NCBI GenBank assembly: GCA_963831235.1
Contig: CAWHPS010000047.1
Coordinates: 2,306 to 66,305 of the forward strand
Length of the DNA stretch: 64,000 nucleotides
Reading direction: 5' to 3'
From: an uncultured Fibrobacterota bacterium
GTDB taxonomy: Bacteria > Fibrobacterota > OXYB2-FULL-49-7 > JAEUSG01
Each line of letters begins with the position of its first letter. Position 1 is the first letter of the stretch. The notes beneath the pieces are model-generated. The model was not told the DNA's origin. It saw nothing but the letters and a program-made list of their open reading frames with translations, and searched no databases. Both the position numbers and the translations under genes were made by a program. Positions 1-8,168 of the stretch are shown here, piece after piece.

Positions 1-228
1 AGCCCGCGACGCTACCCCGTTATAATCGGTGCTTGACTGTGTTGCGCTCTTCCCAAAAGCCACATTGTTTAAGATCGTATCGTGAATACCGTCCTGATCC
101 AACCAGTCGTCAAGAAGATCGGAATAACCGGGGGTTGTCGAAGTCAAAGTGTCTTGGGCATTGGAATATCCCGCACACAGGAATAAGGCACAAAACGCAT
201 TGACCAGCACAATTGAAATTATTCTCAC
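1..228 (-). CDS. secreted protein, N-terminal part (partial, continues past window start)
   Basis: GTG at 228 with GGAGG about 6 nt upstream. Signal-peptide-like N-terminus VRIISIVLVNAFCALFLCAGYSNAQD. Open to the window edge and divergent from the AraC gene. Confidence 0.4.
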   Translation of the reverse strand, partial: MRIISIVLVNAFCALFLCAGYSNAQDTLTSTTPGYSDLLDDWLDQDGIHDTILNNVAFGKSATQSSTDYNGVASRA

Positions 229-325
229 AGGGGCCTCCTTTGATTTTATAATTACAAAGATATATTATTTCAATAAAAACATCTATACACTATCAAGTAT
301 ATTTTATGTATATTCCTTGCATCCC

Positions 326-1153
326 ATGAAAATAAATGTCCCCAAGCAACGAAGCCTGCCGATCGTCCCATTCGAAATCAATTTATTACTGTGCCATTGC
401 GTCACTTTGTCCGATTGGAAATTCCGGCTCTTCGATCCTTTCTGGCGCATATACTGGATGGCCCAAAAAGGATGGCATATCCTTTATGAGGGGAAATCTC
501 TGGCGCTTGATCCGGACCATCTTGTCATGATTCCCCCGAACACGCAATGCCAATCCGAAAGCAGGAATCCGGCCACGCAACTTTACATCCATTTTACCAT
601 CGGATCGATCATCAATTTTTACACGCCCGGTGTTTTTTTTATCCCCTTGACCCAACACACCCGTTCATTAATCACCGGCATTATTAATTCAACCATTGCC
701 GGATCCGAAACCACCCCCCTTGTCCGAACCTTGCGCGTGAAACAACTTTGCTATGGCGGTCTTGCACAGCTTCCCAAGGAGAGCCACAACGCTTCGCCCT
801 ATTCCCCAAAAATCACCGCCACATTGGAACTCATGGCCAAGAATATTAAAAATCCGCTTTCAAACACGGATTTGGCGCAAGCCATTTGCATGAATACTAC
901 GGCCTTTGTCCGGTTTTTCCATACGGAAACAGGAGAATCACCTCAAAAATGGTATATGCAGAAACGAATCAATCAGGCGGAGATTCTGTTATCCCATACT
1001 ACCCGTACGATTGAAGACATTGCTGAAGAAACCGCGTTTTCCGACCGCAACCATTTTACCCATATGTTCAAAAAATGGCGAGGCGTGGGCCCGGCTTTGT
1101 ACCGAAGGCAAACGGGAAGATATGCGGAACATATGACCTCCAGCATATTATAA
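326..1153 (+). CDS. AraC-family transcriptional regulator
   Basis: C-terminal AraC HTH signature (IEDIAEETAFSDRNHFTHMFKKWRGVGPALYRRQ). The ATG at 326 (MKINVPKQ) is preferred over the track start at 149, which lies in AT-rich promoter-like DNA. Confidence 0.85.
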   Translation: MKINVPKQRSLPIVPFEINLLLCHCVTLSDWKFRLFDPFWRIYWMAQKGWHILYEGKSLALDPDHLVMIPPNTQCQSESRNPATQLYIHFTIGSIINFYTPGVFFIPLTQHTRSLITGIINSTIAGSETTPLVRTLRVKQLCYGGLAQLPKESHNASPYSPKITATLELMAKNIKNPLSNTDLAQAICMNTTAFVRFFHTETGESPQKWYMQKRINQAEILLSHTTRTIEDIAEETAFSDRNHFTHMFKKWRGVGPALYRRQTGRYAEHMTSSIL

Positions 1154-1272
1154 GTCGTCCTCCCCGACAACAGAAGACGCGTTTCCTCATCGCAACAATA
1201 CGGCTTTTTGTTTCTATTTCCGTTCTCATTTTAATATTTCGGGTGGCTTAGCTTTCTAGCGGCATCTGCAAA

Positions 1273-1503
1273 TTAAGATGGTTCTCGCTTACGACTATCT
1301 TGAAGAATGCTTAGAATTTCCCTTCGGGACATCTTGATATCTATGCCTTTAACATCAAGTGGAGATTTTTTGCTAGCAATCTCTGGTCGAATTGAAAAGA
1401 TCTGACCATCCCTTCGCTTTATGTATACTTGGCCATCTTTACGAGCTTTGTCGAGAAGCGAAGAAAAATGCTGACGAGCCCTAGAATATGTGAAGATTAC
1501 CAT
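1273..1503 (-). CDS. Phd/YefM-like type II antitoxin
   Basis: N-terminus MVIFTYSRARQHFSSLLDKARKDGQVYIKRRDG matches the Phd/YefM pattern. TAATG overlap with the end of the upstream PIN gene. Confidence 0.6.
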   Translation of the reverse strand: MVIFTYSRARQHFSSLLDKARKDGQVYIKRRDGQIFSIRPEIASKKSPLDVKGIDIKMSRREILSILQDSRKREPS

Positions 1504-1784
1504 TACAAACCCTCCTTTTTAAACTCATGAACTTTTATTTTCATTTGAATTGCCTTAAGGGCCAGTTGATCATCCAATGTCATAAGGGGATAATGCAGCT
1601 TTCTAGCACATTCAAGAATATAGGCATCATATGCATATATATTATACTCATTCGCAGTTTTAAGCGCATCGGCAAGGCCAATTTCCACTAAACGTATAGG
1701 TATCATTTCATAAATATTAAGTACATGTAAGGTTTGTGGCAAAGTAATTCGTTTTCGCTTAAACATGGCAGAAAATGCATATCC
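1503..1784 (-). pseudogene. vapC: vapC (PIN-domain toxin) C-terminal fragment
   Basis: PIN C-terminal motifs (YDAYILECARKLHYPLMTLDDQL). Joins in frame to the N-terminal fragment 7514-7642 once the inserted element and one GGA repeat are removed, giving about 135 aa. Confidence 0.75.
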
Positions 1785-1880
1785 TCAGAACTCCTGACCT
1801 CGCGTAATTTGAAAACACCCACAATTTTAGAAATTTCAATAAACTAAAGAATTGAGCTATGACGCCAAAAAGCGGTTGGA

Positions 1881-3836
1881 TTATTGACGGTTGTGCATAG
1901 TTTGAAGGATTTTTCTGATCAGCTCGGGGGTGCGAATAATCTTTTTTACCTTTGGCGATAGATTTCTATTTTCTTGTTCTTCGTTTTTTAATTTATTTCT
2001 GACCAGGTTTACATCGATTTGTGCAAATCGAGCTTCCAGCGATGGTGCACCGTTAAGAATGATCGTTCGATATGTGTTGTCGGACAGGTTTGAGATTAAC
2101 GGGGTATCTGTCAAGATAGCCTTCAGAGTTTTGGTCATAGTGTTATTGCCGTTTCTTTTTCTGTGGTTCCTGCGCAGATATCTGAAGAACCGCTCAAGGA
2201 TATTATTGGTCCGTTGAGGATAAATGATAACGGTGCCATGGGGTGTGTTTTTAACGATAGGGTCGGCGAAAAGCTTGTTCCAATAGCGTTTGATTTGGTC
2301 GTGCATTGAGCGGTAATCCTTATCGGGCTTGGTTTTCAAAGTCTCGGCCAGCGCCTTCTGAAAGTTTGTAACACGTTGACAAATAGTATTCATGTTCTTT
2401 TTGCCGTCGTCGTTTAAGCCATGTCTATCGTTTGGTAACGCAATTCGCATCGCCTGCCGCAAGCGGTCAAACACAACGGATTTTTCTTCCATACGATGAG
2501 CTGCTTTCTTCAACAGAGGGTCGTTGATGGTGTCGCCGATGTGTTTCCATAGGATACCGACCATTCGTTTGAGAGATTTCGGGGCTTTGTCACATCGGAC
2601 TCTGAGGTTATCAAGAACTTCATGGATTGAACAAAGCCGCTGATACAACGAAAGGTGAGGCCGGTCAAATGGGAAGCCGTACCCGTCGCCGTCCTTTTTT
2701 CCCTCTAGCGCCCAATGTATCAACACATAAACAATGAGAATGAGTGAGGTATCCGCGCAAAAAGACTGTGACGCGTTGTCATTGAGTCGGGCGCGAAGCA
2801 CATCGACACAGACAGGATCTTTTTCCACCAGTGGTTTGAGGATGCGGGCTTGCCTGTGCAGAAACGATTGAATGCCTTGACAGCGCAATCGTTTTCGCAC
2901 CACATCATTTTCTTTTGACATCAGGTCTTTTCCGATATCACGCAAAAAATGGAAATGACAGATGAAATGGCGCACAGAAGGGAATACTTTGGCAACGGCA
3001 TTCAAAATGCCCTTGGCCATGTCGCTTACAACAGCCAGTGGTACGTTGAAGTTTTGTTTTACTCGTTGAAGAAAGGGAATTATTTGTTCAGCATTTTCAG
3101 ATGGGGTTTTGATATTGTCCAGTACCAGTTCGCTAATACCATCCAAGGCACACATAAGATGGGGACTGTCAGCATCACAGGTGCTGTCCAGGTGAAGTAT
3201 GTATCCCCCGTGTTGACGCATGTGCGCCTGCAACTGCTTTCTACATTCCTGATGTGCAATAGCCAGATAGATAATAAATTTTCTGGCAAGCACACCAATT
3301 TCACTGCGAGAAATGGGGTTACCCTTTTCCCGCAGGCAATCCATGATCTCCTGTTCGCTGCGACAGGCGATGAAAAGTTGTGTGCCGACGAACACGATAA
3401 CATCATAGCCATAGAAGCCTTGCTCCGGTACCAGCGCAGAAAGCCCACGGACAGGCAATGTGCTTTGACAAAAAGGTTTATTGCAGGCACGTACCGTTTC
3501 ATGAGCGGTAAAAACACCTATCGCAAGTGTTGATACCTTTCGTGTTCTGGTTTTGATAACCGCGAGCGTGCTATTGCACTGATGGCATAGCGTAACATCA
3601 GAATCGAAGAAAAGGGTTGGTGGAGTTTTGAACAGAGCTGAAATGGTAAGGCCGGATCGAGCATCGTCAAGGTTTGTGCGTAGCGCTTCAATCAGCGACA
3701 ACCCGCAGTTTTTTTTTAATACCGTACTGTTCGAGGAGCGTATGAATCGCCTCTGGCGTAATGGCCGGCGATTGCGTCTGTAACCTACGGGCGCATTGTT
3801 CAATGGTGTCATCGGGATGCTGGATTCTGTCCACAA
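1881..3836 (-). CDS. IS transposase catalytic ORF (orfB), copy A
   Basis: 651-aa ORF with an N-terminal Cys-rich segment (CHQCNS..CNKPFC) and DDE-like blocks (HLDSTCD, VVSDMAKG, ICHFHFLRDIGKDL). The first ~40 codons overlap orfA and look out of frame (Arg-rich). Confidence 0.7.
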   Translation of the reverse strand: MWTESSIPMTPLNNAPVGYRRNRRPLRQRRFIRSSNSTVLKKNCGLSLIEALRTNLDDARSGLTISALFKTPPTLFFDSDVTLCHQCNSTLAVIKTRTRKVSTLAIGVFTAHETVRACNKPFCQSTLPVRGLSALVPEQGFYGYDVIVFVGTQLFIACRSEQEIMDCLREKGNPISRSEIGVLARKFIIYLAIAHQECRKQLQAHMRQHGGYILHLDSTCDADSPHLMCALDGISELVLDNIKTPSENAEQIIPFLQRVKQNFNVPLAVVSDMAKGILNAVAKVFPSVRHFICHFHFLRDIGKDLMSKENDVVRKRLRCQGIQSFLHRQARILKPLVEKDPVCVDVLRARLNDNASQSFCADTSLILIVYVLIHWALEGKKDGDGYGFPFDRPHLSLYQRLCSIHEVLDNLRVRCDKAPKSLKRMVGILWKHIGDTINDPLLKKAAHRMEEKSVVFDRLRQAMRIALPNDRHGLNDDGKKNMNTICQRVTNFQKALAETLKTKPDKDYRSMHDQIKRYWNKLFADPIVKNTPHGTVIIYPQRTNNILERFFRYLRRNHRKRNGNNTMTKTLKAILTDTPLISNLSDNTYRTIILNGAPSLEARFAQIDVNLVRNKLKNEEQENRNLSPKVKKIIRTPELIRKILQTMHNRQ

Positions 3837-4332
3837 GAATAAGCACGGTATCGCTACTACGTGGCTTATGCGGCGGGCTTACACTATCATGGCTGGTACG
3901 CTGCGCTATTTGCCTGGATCGCACGTCGCTGTTGGCCGAGAAATAAACCAGCTTATGGCCTATGCGATGCGACGATATTTCCTTGATACTGCCAAAGTGC
4001 GTATAGAGCGATGGAGCCGATACACCAAGGATAGAGCAGAGACTCTGTGCGTCGAGCCCTTCTTGCGATTCTCCTACTATATAGGCAACGGTTTTGGTCA
4101 GGTTCCCATGTCGTGAAAAACAAATGTCATTATGCCGCCAGATACCGTAACTGTCAAACTGTGGAACAGTGGATAACGCGTGGTATTTGGCGTTATGGTT
4201 GTAGCTGGTGTAGGCATTCCACTGGTGAAGTCTTCGCGAGGCAGTTCGTGTTGAGCATTTTGAAATTCTGGTGAATGTGTCGATGGTAAATACTTTTGCT
4301 TTGCATAATTGTTGCTGGACGGTTACTGCCAC
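3688..4332 (-). CDS. IS orfA (putative HTH DNA-binding protein), copy A
   Basis: 214-aa ORF upstream of orfB and overlapping it by 149 nt. Ends 20 nt (6 sense codons) after an A9 tract. Confidence 0.6.
   Translation of the reverse strand: MAVTVQQQLCKAKVFTIDTFTRISKCSTRTASRRLHQWNAYTSYNHNAKYHALSTVPQFDSYGIWRHNDICFSRHGNLTKTVAYIVGESQEGLDAQSLCSILGVSAPSLYTHFGSIKEISSHRIGHKLVYFSANSDVRSRQIAQRTSHDSVSPPHKPRSSDTVLILVDRIQHPDDTIEQCARRLQTQSPAITPEAIHTLLEQYGIKKKLRVVAD
3709..3717 (-). promoter_or_regulatory. A9 slippery tract at the orfA/orfB junction (copy A; the equivalent tract in copy B is 6425-6433)
   Basis: T9 on the plus strand, A9 in the mRNA sense. orfB is in the +1 frame relative to orfA. The tract lies inside the overlap. 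Confidence 0.5.
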
Positions 4333-4596
4333 AATACCTCCTCGGCATAGTATATTATATAGCCTATATTAATATAATATACTGCGCCCTTTAAAGCAAA
4401 TAAAAAAGCCGTTTCCTTCTGAAAAGAAATCGGCACTTAATAAAAAATAGGCCCCGGTACTACCAATCACAAAACCGTATGTCGTATCGTATAAACTATT
4501 CCTCTATAGAAATGGTTGACATATTAAAAGATAATCGCTTTTCAACCGCTTTTTGGCGTCATAGGAATTGAGCTATGACGCCAAAAAGCGGTTGGA

Positions 4597-6552
4597 TTAT
4601 TGACGGTTGTGCATAGTTTGAAGGATTTTTCTGATCAGCTCGGGGGTGCGAATAATCTTTTTTACCTTTGGCGATAGATTTCTATTTTCTTGTTCTTCGT
4701 TTTTTAATTTATTTCTGACCAGGTTTACATCGATTTGTGCAAATCGAGCTTCCAGCGATGGTGCACCGTTAAGAATGATCGTTCGATATGTGTTGTCGGA
4801 AAGGTTTGAGATTAACGGGGTATCTGTCAAGATAGCCTTCAGAGTTTTGGTCATAGTGTTATTGCCGTTTCTTTTTCTGTGGTTCCTGCGCAGATATCTG
4901 AAGAACCGCTCAAGGATATTATTGGTCCGTTGAGGATAAATGATAACGGTGCCATGGGGTGTGTTTTTAACGATAGGGTCGGCGAAAAGCTTGTTCCAAT
5001 AGCGTTTGATTTGGTCGTGCATTGAGCGGTAATCCTTATCGGGCTTGGTTTTCAAAGTCTCGGCCAGCGCCTTCTGAAAGTTTGTAACACGTTGACAAAT
5101 AGTATTCATGTTCTTTTTGCCGTCGTCGTTTAAGCCATGTCTATCGTTTGGTAACGCAATTCGCATCGCCTGCCGCAAGCGGTCAAACACAACGGATTTT
5201 TCTTCCATACGATGAGCTGCTTTCTTCAACAGAGGGTCGTTGATGGTGTCGCCGATGTGTTTCCATAGGATACCGACCATTCGTTTGAGAGATTTCGGGG
5301 CTTTGTCACATCGGACTCTGAGGTTATCAAGAACTTCATGGATTGAACAAAGCCGCTGATACAACGAAAGGTGAGGCCGGTCAAATGGGAAGCCGTACCC
5401 GTCGCCGTCCTTTTTTCCCTCTAGCGCCCAATGTATCAACACATAAACAATGAGAATGAGTGAGGTATCCGCGCAAAAAGACTGTGACGCGTTGTCATTG
5501 AGTCGGGCGCGAAGCACATCGACACAGACAGGATCTTTTTCCACCAGTGGTTTGAGGATGCGGGCTTGCCTGTGCAGAAACGATTGAATGCCTTGACAGC
5601 GCAATCGTTTTCGCACCACATCATTTTCTTTTGACATCAGGTCTTTTCCGATATCACGCAAAAAATGGAAATGACAGATGAAATGGCGCACAGAAGGGAA
5701 TACTTTGGCAACGGCATTCAAAATGCCCTTGGCCATGTCGCTTACAACAGCCAGTGGTACGTTGAAGTTTTGTTTTACTCGTTGAAGAAAGGGAATTATT
5801 TGTTCAGCATTTTCAGATGGGGTTTTGATATTGTCCAGTACCAGTTCGCTAATACCATCCAAGGCACACATAAGATGGGGACTGTCAGCATCACAGGTGC
5901 TGTCCAGGTGAAGTATGTATCCCCCGTGTTGACGCATGTGCGCCTGCAACTGCTTTCTACATTCCTGATGTGCAATAGCCAGATAGATAATAAATTTTCT
6001 GGCAAGCACACCAATTTCACTGCGAGAAATGGGGTTACCCTTTTCCCGCAGGCGATCCATGATCTCCTGTTCGCTGCGACAGGCGATGAAAAGTTGTGTG
6101 CCGACGAACACGATAACATCATAGCCATAGAAGCCTTGCTCCGGTACCAGCGCAGAAAGCCCACGGACAGGCAATGTGCTTTGACAAAAAGGTTTATTGC
6201 AGGCACGTACCGTTTCATGAGCGGTAAAAACACCTATCGCAAGTGTTGATACCTTTCGTGTTCTGGTTTTGATAACCGCGAGCGTGCTATTGCACTGATG
6301 GCATAGCGTAACATCAGAATCGAAGAAAAGGGTTGGTGGAGTTTTGAACAGAGCTGAAATGGTAAGGCCGGATCGAGCATCGTCAAGGTTTGTGCGTAGC
6401 GCTTCAATCAGCGACAACCCGCAGTTTTTTTTTAATACCGTACTGTTCGAGGAACGTATGAATCGCCTCTGGCGTAATGGCCGGCGATTGCGTCTGTAAC
6501 CTACGGGCGCATTGTTCAATGGTGTCATCGGGATGCTGGATTCTGTCCACAA
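4597..6552 (-). CDS. IS transposase catalytic ORF (orfB), copy B
   Basis: 651 aa, one amino-acid difference from copy A (IMDRLREKG versus IMDCLREKG). Confidence 0.7.
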   Translation of the reverse strand: MWTESSIPMTPLNNAPVGYRRNRRPLRQRRFIRSSNSTVLKKNCGLSLIEALRTNLDDARSGLTISALFKTPPTLFFDSDVTLCHQCNSTLAVIKTRTRKVSTLAIGVFTAHETVRACNKPFCQSTLPVRGLSALVPEQGFYGYDVIVFVGTQLFIACRSEQEIMDRLREKGNPISRSEIGVLARKFIIYLAIAHQECRKQLQAHMRQHGGYILHLDSTCDADSPHLMCALDGISELVLDNIKTPSENAEQIIPFLQRVKQNFNVPLAVVSDMAKGILNAVAKVFPSVRHFICHFHFLRDIGKDLMSKENDVVRKRLRCQGIQSFLHRQARILKPLVEKDPVCVDVLRARLNDNASQSFCADTSLILIVYVLIHWALEGKKDGDGYGFPFDRPHLSLYQRLCSIHEVLDNLRVRCDKAPKSLKRMVGILWKHIGDTINDPLLKKAAHRMEEKSVVFDRLRQAMRIALPNDRHGLNDDGKKNMNTICQRVTNFQKALAETLKTKPDKDYRSMHDQIKRYWNKLFADPIVKNTPHGTVIIYPQRTNNILERFFRYLRRNHRKRNGNNTMTKTLKAILTDTPLISNLSDNTYRTIILNGAPSLEARFAQIDVNLVRNKLKNEEQENRNLSPKVKKIIRTPELIRKILQTMHNRQ

Positions 6553-7048
6553 GAATAAGCACGGTATCGCTACTACGTGGCTTATGCGGCGGGCTTACAC
6601 TATCATGGCTGGTACGCTGCGCTATTTGCCTGGATCGCACGTCGCTGTTGGCCGAGAAATAAACCAGCTTATGGCCTATGCGATGCGACGATATTTCCTT
6701 GATACTGCCAAAGTGCGTATAGAGCGATGGAGCCGATACACCAAGGATAGAGCAGAGACTCTGTGCGTCGAGCCCTTCTTGCGATTCTCCTACTATATAG
6801 GCAACGGTTTTGGTCAGGTTCCCATGTCGTGAAAAACAAATGTCATTATGCCGCCAGATACCGTAACTGTCAAACTGTGGAACAGTGGATAACGCGTGGT
6901 ATTTGGCGTTATGGTTGTAGCTGGTGTAGGCATTCCACTGGTGAAGTCTTCGCGAGGCAGTTCGTGTTGAGCATTTTGAAATTCTGGTGAATGTGTCGAT
7001 GGTAAATACTTTTGCTTTGCATAATTGTTGCTGGACGGTTACTGCCAC
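6404..7048 (-). CDS. IS orfA, copy B
   Basis: 214 aa, one amino-acid difference from copy A (IHTFLEQ versus IHTLLEQ). Confidence 0.6.
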   Translation of the reverse strand: MAVTVQQQLCKAKVFTIDTFTRISKCSTRTASRRLHQWNAYTSYNHNAKYHALSTVPQFDSYGIWRHNDICFSRHGNLTKTVAYIVGESQEGLDAQSLCSILGVSAPSLYTHFGSIKEISSHRIGHKLVYFSANSDVRSRQIAQRTSHDSVSPPHKPRSSDTVLILVDRIQHPDDTIEQCARRLQTQSPAITPEAIHTFLEQYGIKKKLRVVAD

Positions 7049-7513
7049 AATACCTCCTCGGCATAGTATATTATATAGCCTATATTAATATAATATACTG
7101 CGCCCTTTAAAGCAAATAAAAAAGCCGTTTCCTTCTGAAAAGAAATCGGCACTTAATAAAAAATAGGCCCCGGTACTACCAATCACAAAACCGTATGTCG
7201 TATCGTATAAACTATTCCTCTATAGAAATGGTTGACATATTAAAAGATAATCGCTTTTCAACCGCTTTTTGGCGTCATAGGAATTGAGGCATTTCTTTAC
7301 GACCGTAATTGTATATTTAATAATACATTACAGTAGTAATTGCACTCGTAAACATGGACCATAGAAACTAAAAACGTTTAAAAAATGGACTATTTCTGTT
7401 TTCGACCATATTTTAGGCTTTTATATATATTTACTGGAATAATGCATTTGATAATTAAGCAGTTACAGGTATTAAAGCAAGACCATCGGTTATAGCGAGG
7501 TCAGGAGTTCTGA

Positions 7514-7642
7514 TCCTACTTCCCAAGGAAGTGATGATGGGGCGTATAATTCAGCGCCTTTAGTGGCACTGATGATGTCCTGCTTGTCAGGCTCATCCAT
7601 CAGAATTGCGATTATAATTGATGTATCCAGGACAATTTTCAT
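7514..7642 (-). pseudogene. vapC: vapC (PIN-domain toxin) N-terminal fragment
   Basis: ATG at 7642 with AAGGAG 7 nt upstream. MKIVLDTSIIIAILMDEPDKQ is a typical PIN N-terminus. The reading frame breaks at the MITE end (7513). Confidence 0.75.
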
Positions 7643-7658
7643 TTATTAACTCCTTGAG

Positions 7659-7687
7659 TAATGTACATTTGTACAAAATGTACATTA
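7659..7687. promoter_or_regulatory. palindromic operator/promoter region of the vapC-phd operon
   Basis: TAATGTACATTTGTACAAAATGTACATTA contains three TGTACA palindromes (7663, 7670, 7679), just upstream of the vapC RBS. Confidence 0.45.
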
Positions 7688-7730
7688 ATACCGGGTGGGT
7701 CGGGGGCCTCTCGGCCCCGTTCCCCCCTCA

Positions 7731-7764
7731 GAACCGTACGTGACAGTTTCCCGTCATACGGCTC
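7731..7764 (-). ncRNA. group II intron domain V hairpin (copy 1; copies 2 and 3 are at 12863-12896 and 20942-20975)
   Basis: Minus strand reads GAGCCGTATGACGGGAAACTGTCACGTACGGTTC. This is 34 nt with an AGC triad at positions 2-4, a GAAA tetraloop and a 2-nt CG bulge on the 3' strand. A domain VI-like helix with a bulged A follows. Confidence 0.8.
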
Positions 7765-8168
7765 AAGCATTCATAAGGCAGCACCTTGCTTTTGTGCCAC
7801 CCAGACGTAACCTTGTGGCCAACTCGCTTACCATACGGATGGTTATTGCACTTAGCGCGTATAATCCGTACAGCGTGAATCCGGTTACGGCCTTTGCGAT
7901 ACGCACCAGCAGGCCCTAAGTCGCTGTCGACGGGAGGGGGCCCGATTTGCACATAAGTCGCGTCAGTTTCAGACGCCTTTTTGGTGTCGCCACCATGCAA
8001 ACCACCATAGCGTTCCCTCCTGGAAGGGTTCTCCTGATTATCTCGCAGTAGAACACCAGCATAGACCGTCAGCCTCCCATACGGGTGAGATAATGTTCCA
8101 CCGTCGTCAATCGGCGGTCAATCTCTATCTCCCTCATTACAAGAGAGCATTCGCTTCTGTCAGCTTCT

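Larger units (their letters stand above)
1857..4564 (-). mobile_element. insertion sequence, copy A (2708 bp, family undetermined)
   Basis: 22-bp perfect terminal inverted repeats: CTATGACGCCAAAAAGCGGTTG (1857-1878) and its reverse complement (4543-4564). 8-bp direct repeat GAATTGAG at 1849-1856 and 4565-4572. Confidence 0.85.
4573..7280 (-). mobile_element. insertion sequence, copy B (tandem to copy A)
   Basis: Same 22-bp inverted repeats. GAATTGAG at 4565-4572 and 7281-7288. Differs from copy A by at least 3 substitutions, seen via C/R and L/F changes in the ORF track plus one synonymous change. Confidence 0.85.
1785..7513. mobile_element. MITE-like element (native size ~297 bp) carrying a nested IS dimer
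   Basis: Perfect 19-bp terminal inverted repeats: TCAGAACTCCTGACCTCGC (1785-1803) and its reverse complement (7495-7513). Flanked by a 3-bp direct repeat TCC (1782-1784, 7514-7516). No ORF of its own. Confidence 0.7.

Noticed and set aside
1154-1272. A possible terminal attC downstream of the Phd-like gene (..GTTGCGATGAGGAAACGCGTCTTCTGTTGTCGGGG..).
   Set aside because: Only weak GTTG repeats are present, with no RYYYAAC partner or L arms. I cannot support an attC here, so the true array end stays undefined beyond attC-1.
1930-3533. Antisense ORFs (95, 194, 145 and 62 aa) inside each IS copy.
   Set aside because: They lie entirely within, and opposite to or out of frame with, the 651-aa transposase ORF, and they have no motifs.
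7695-8000. 74-aa and 90-aa ORFs present in all three intron copies, considered as possible remnants of an intron-encoded protein.
   Set aside because: They have no reverse-transcriptase, X or En motifs, and they overlap domains V and VI and the preceding helices on both strands.
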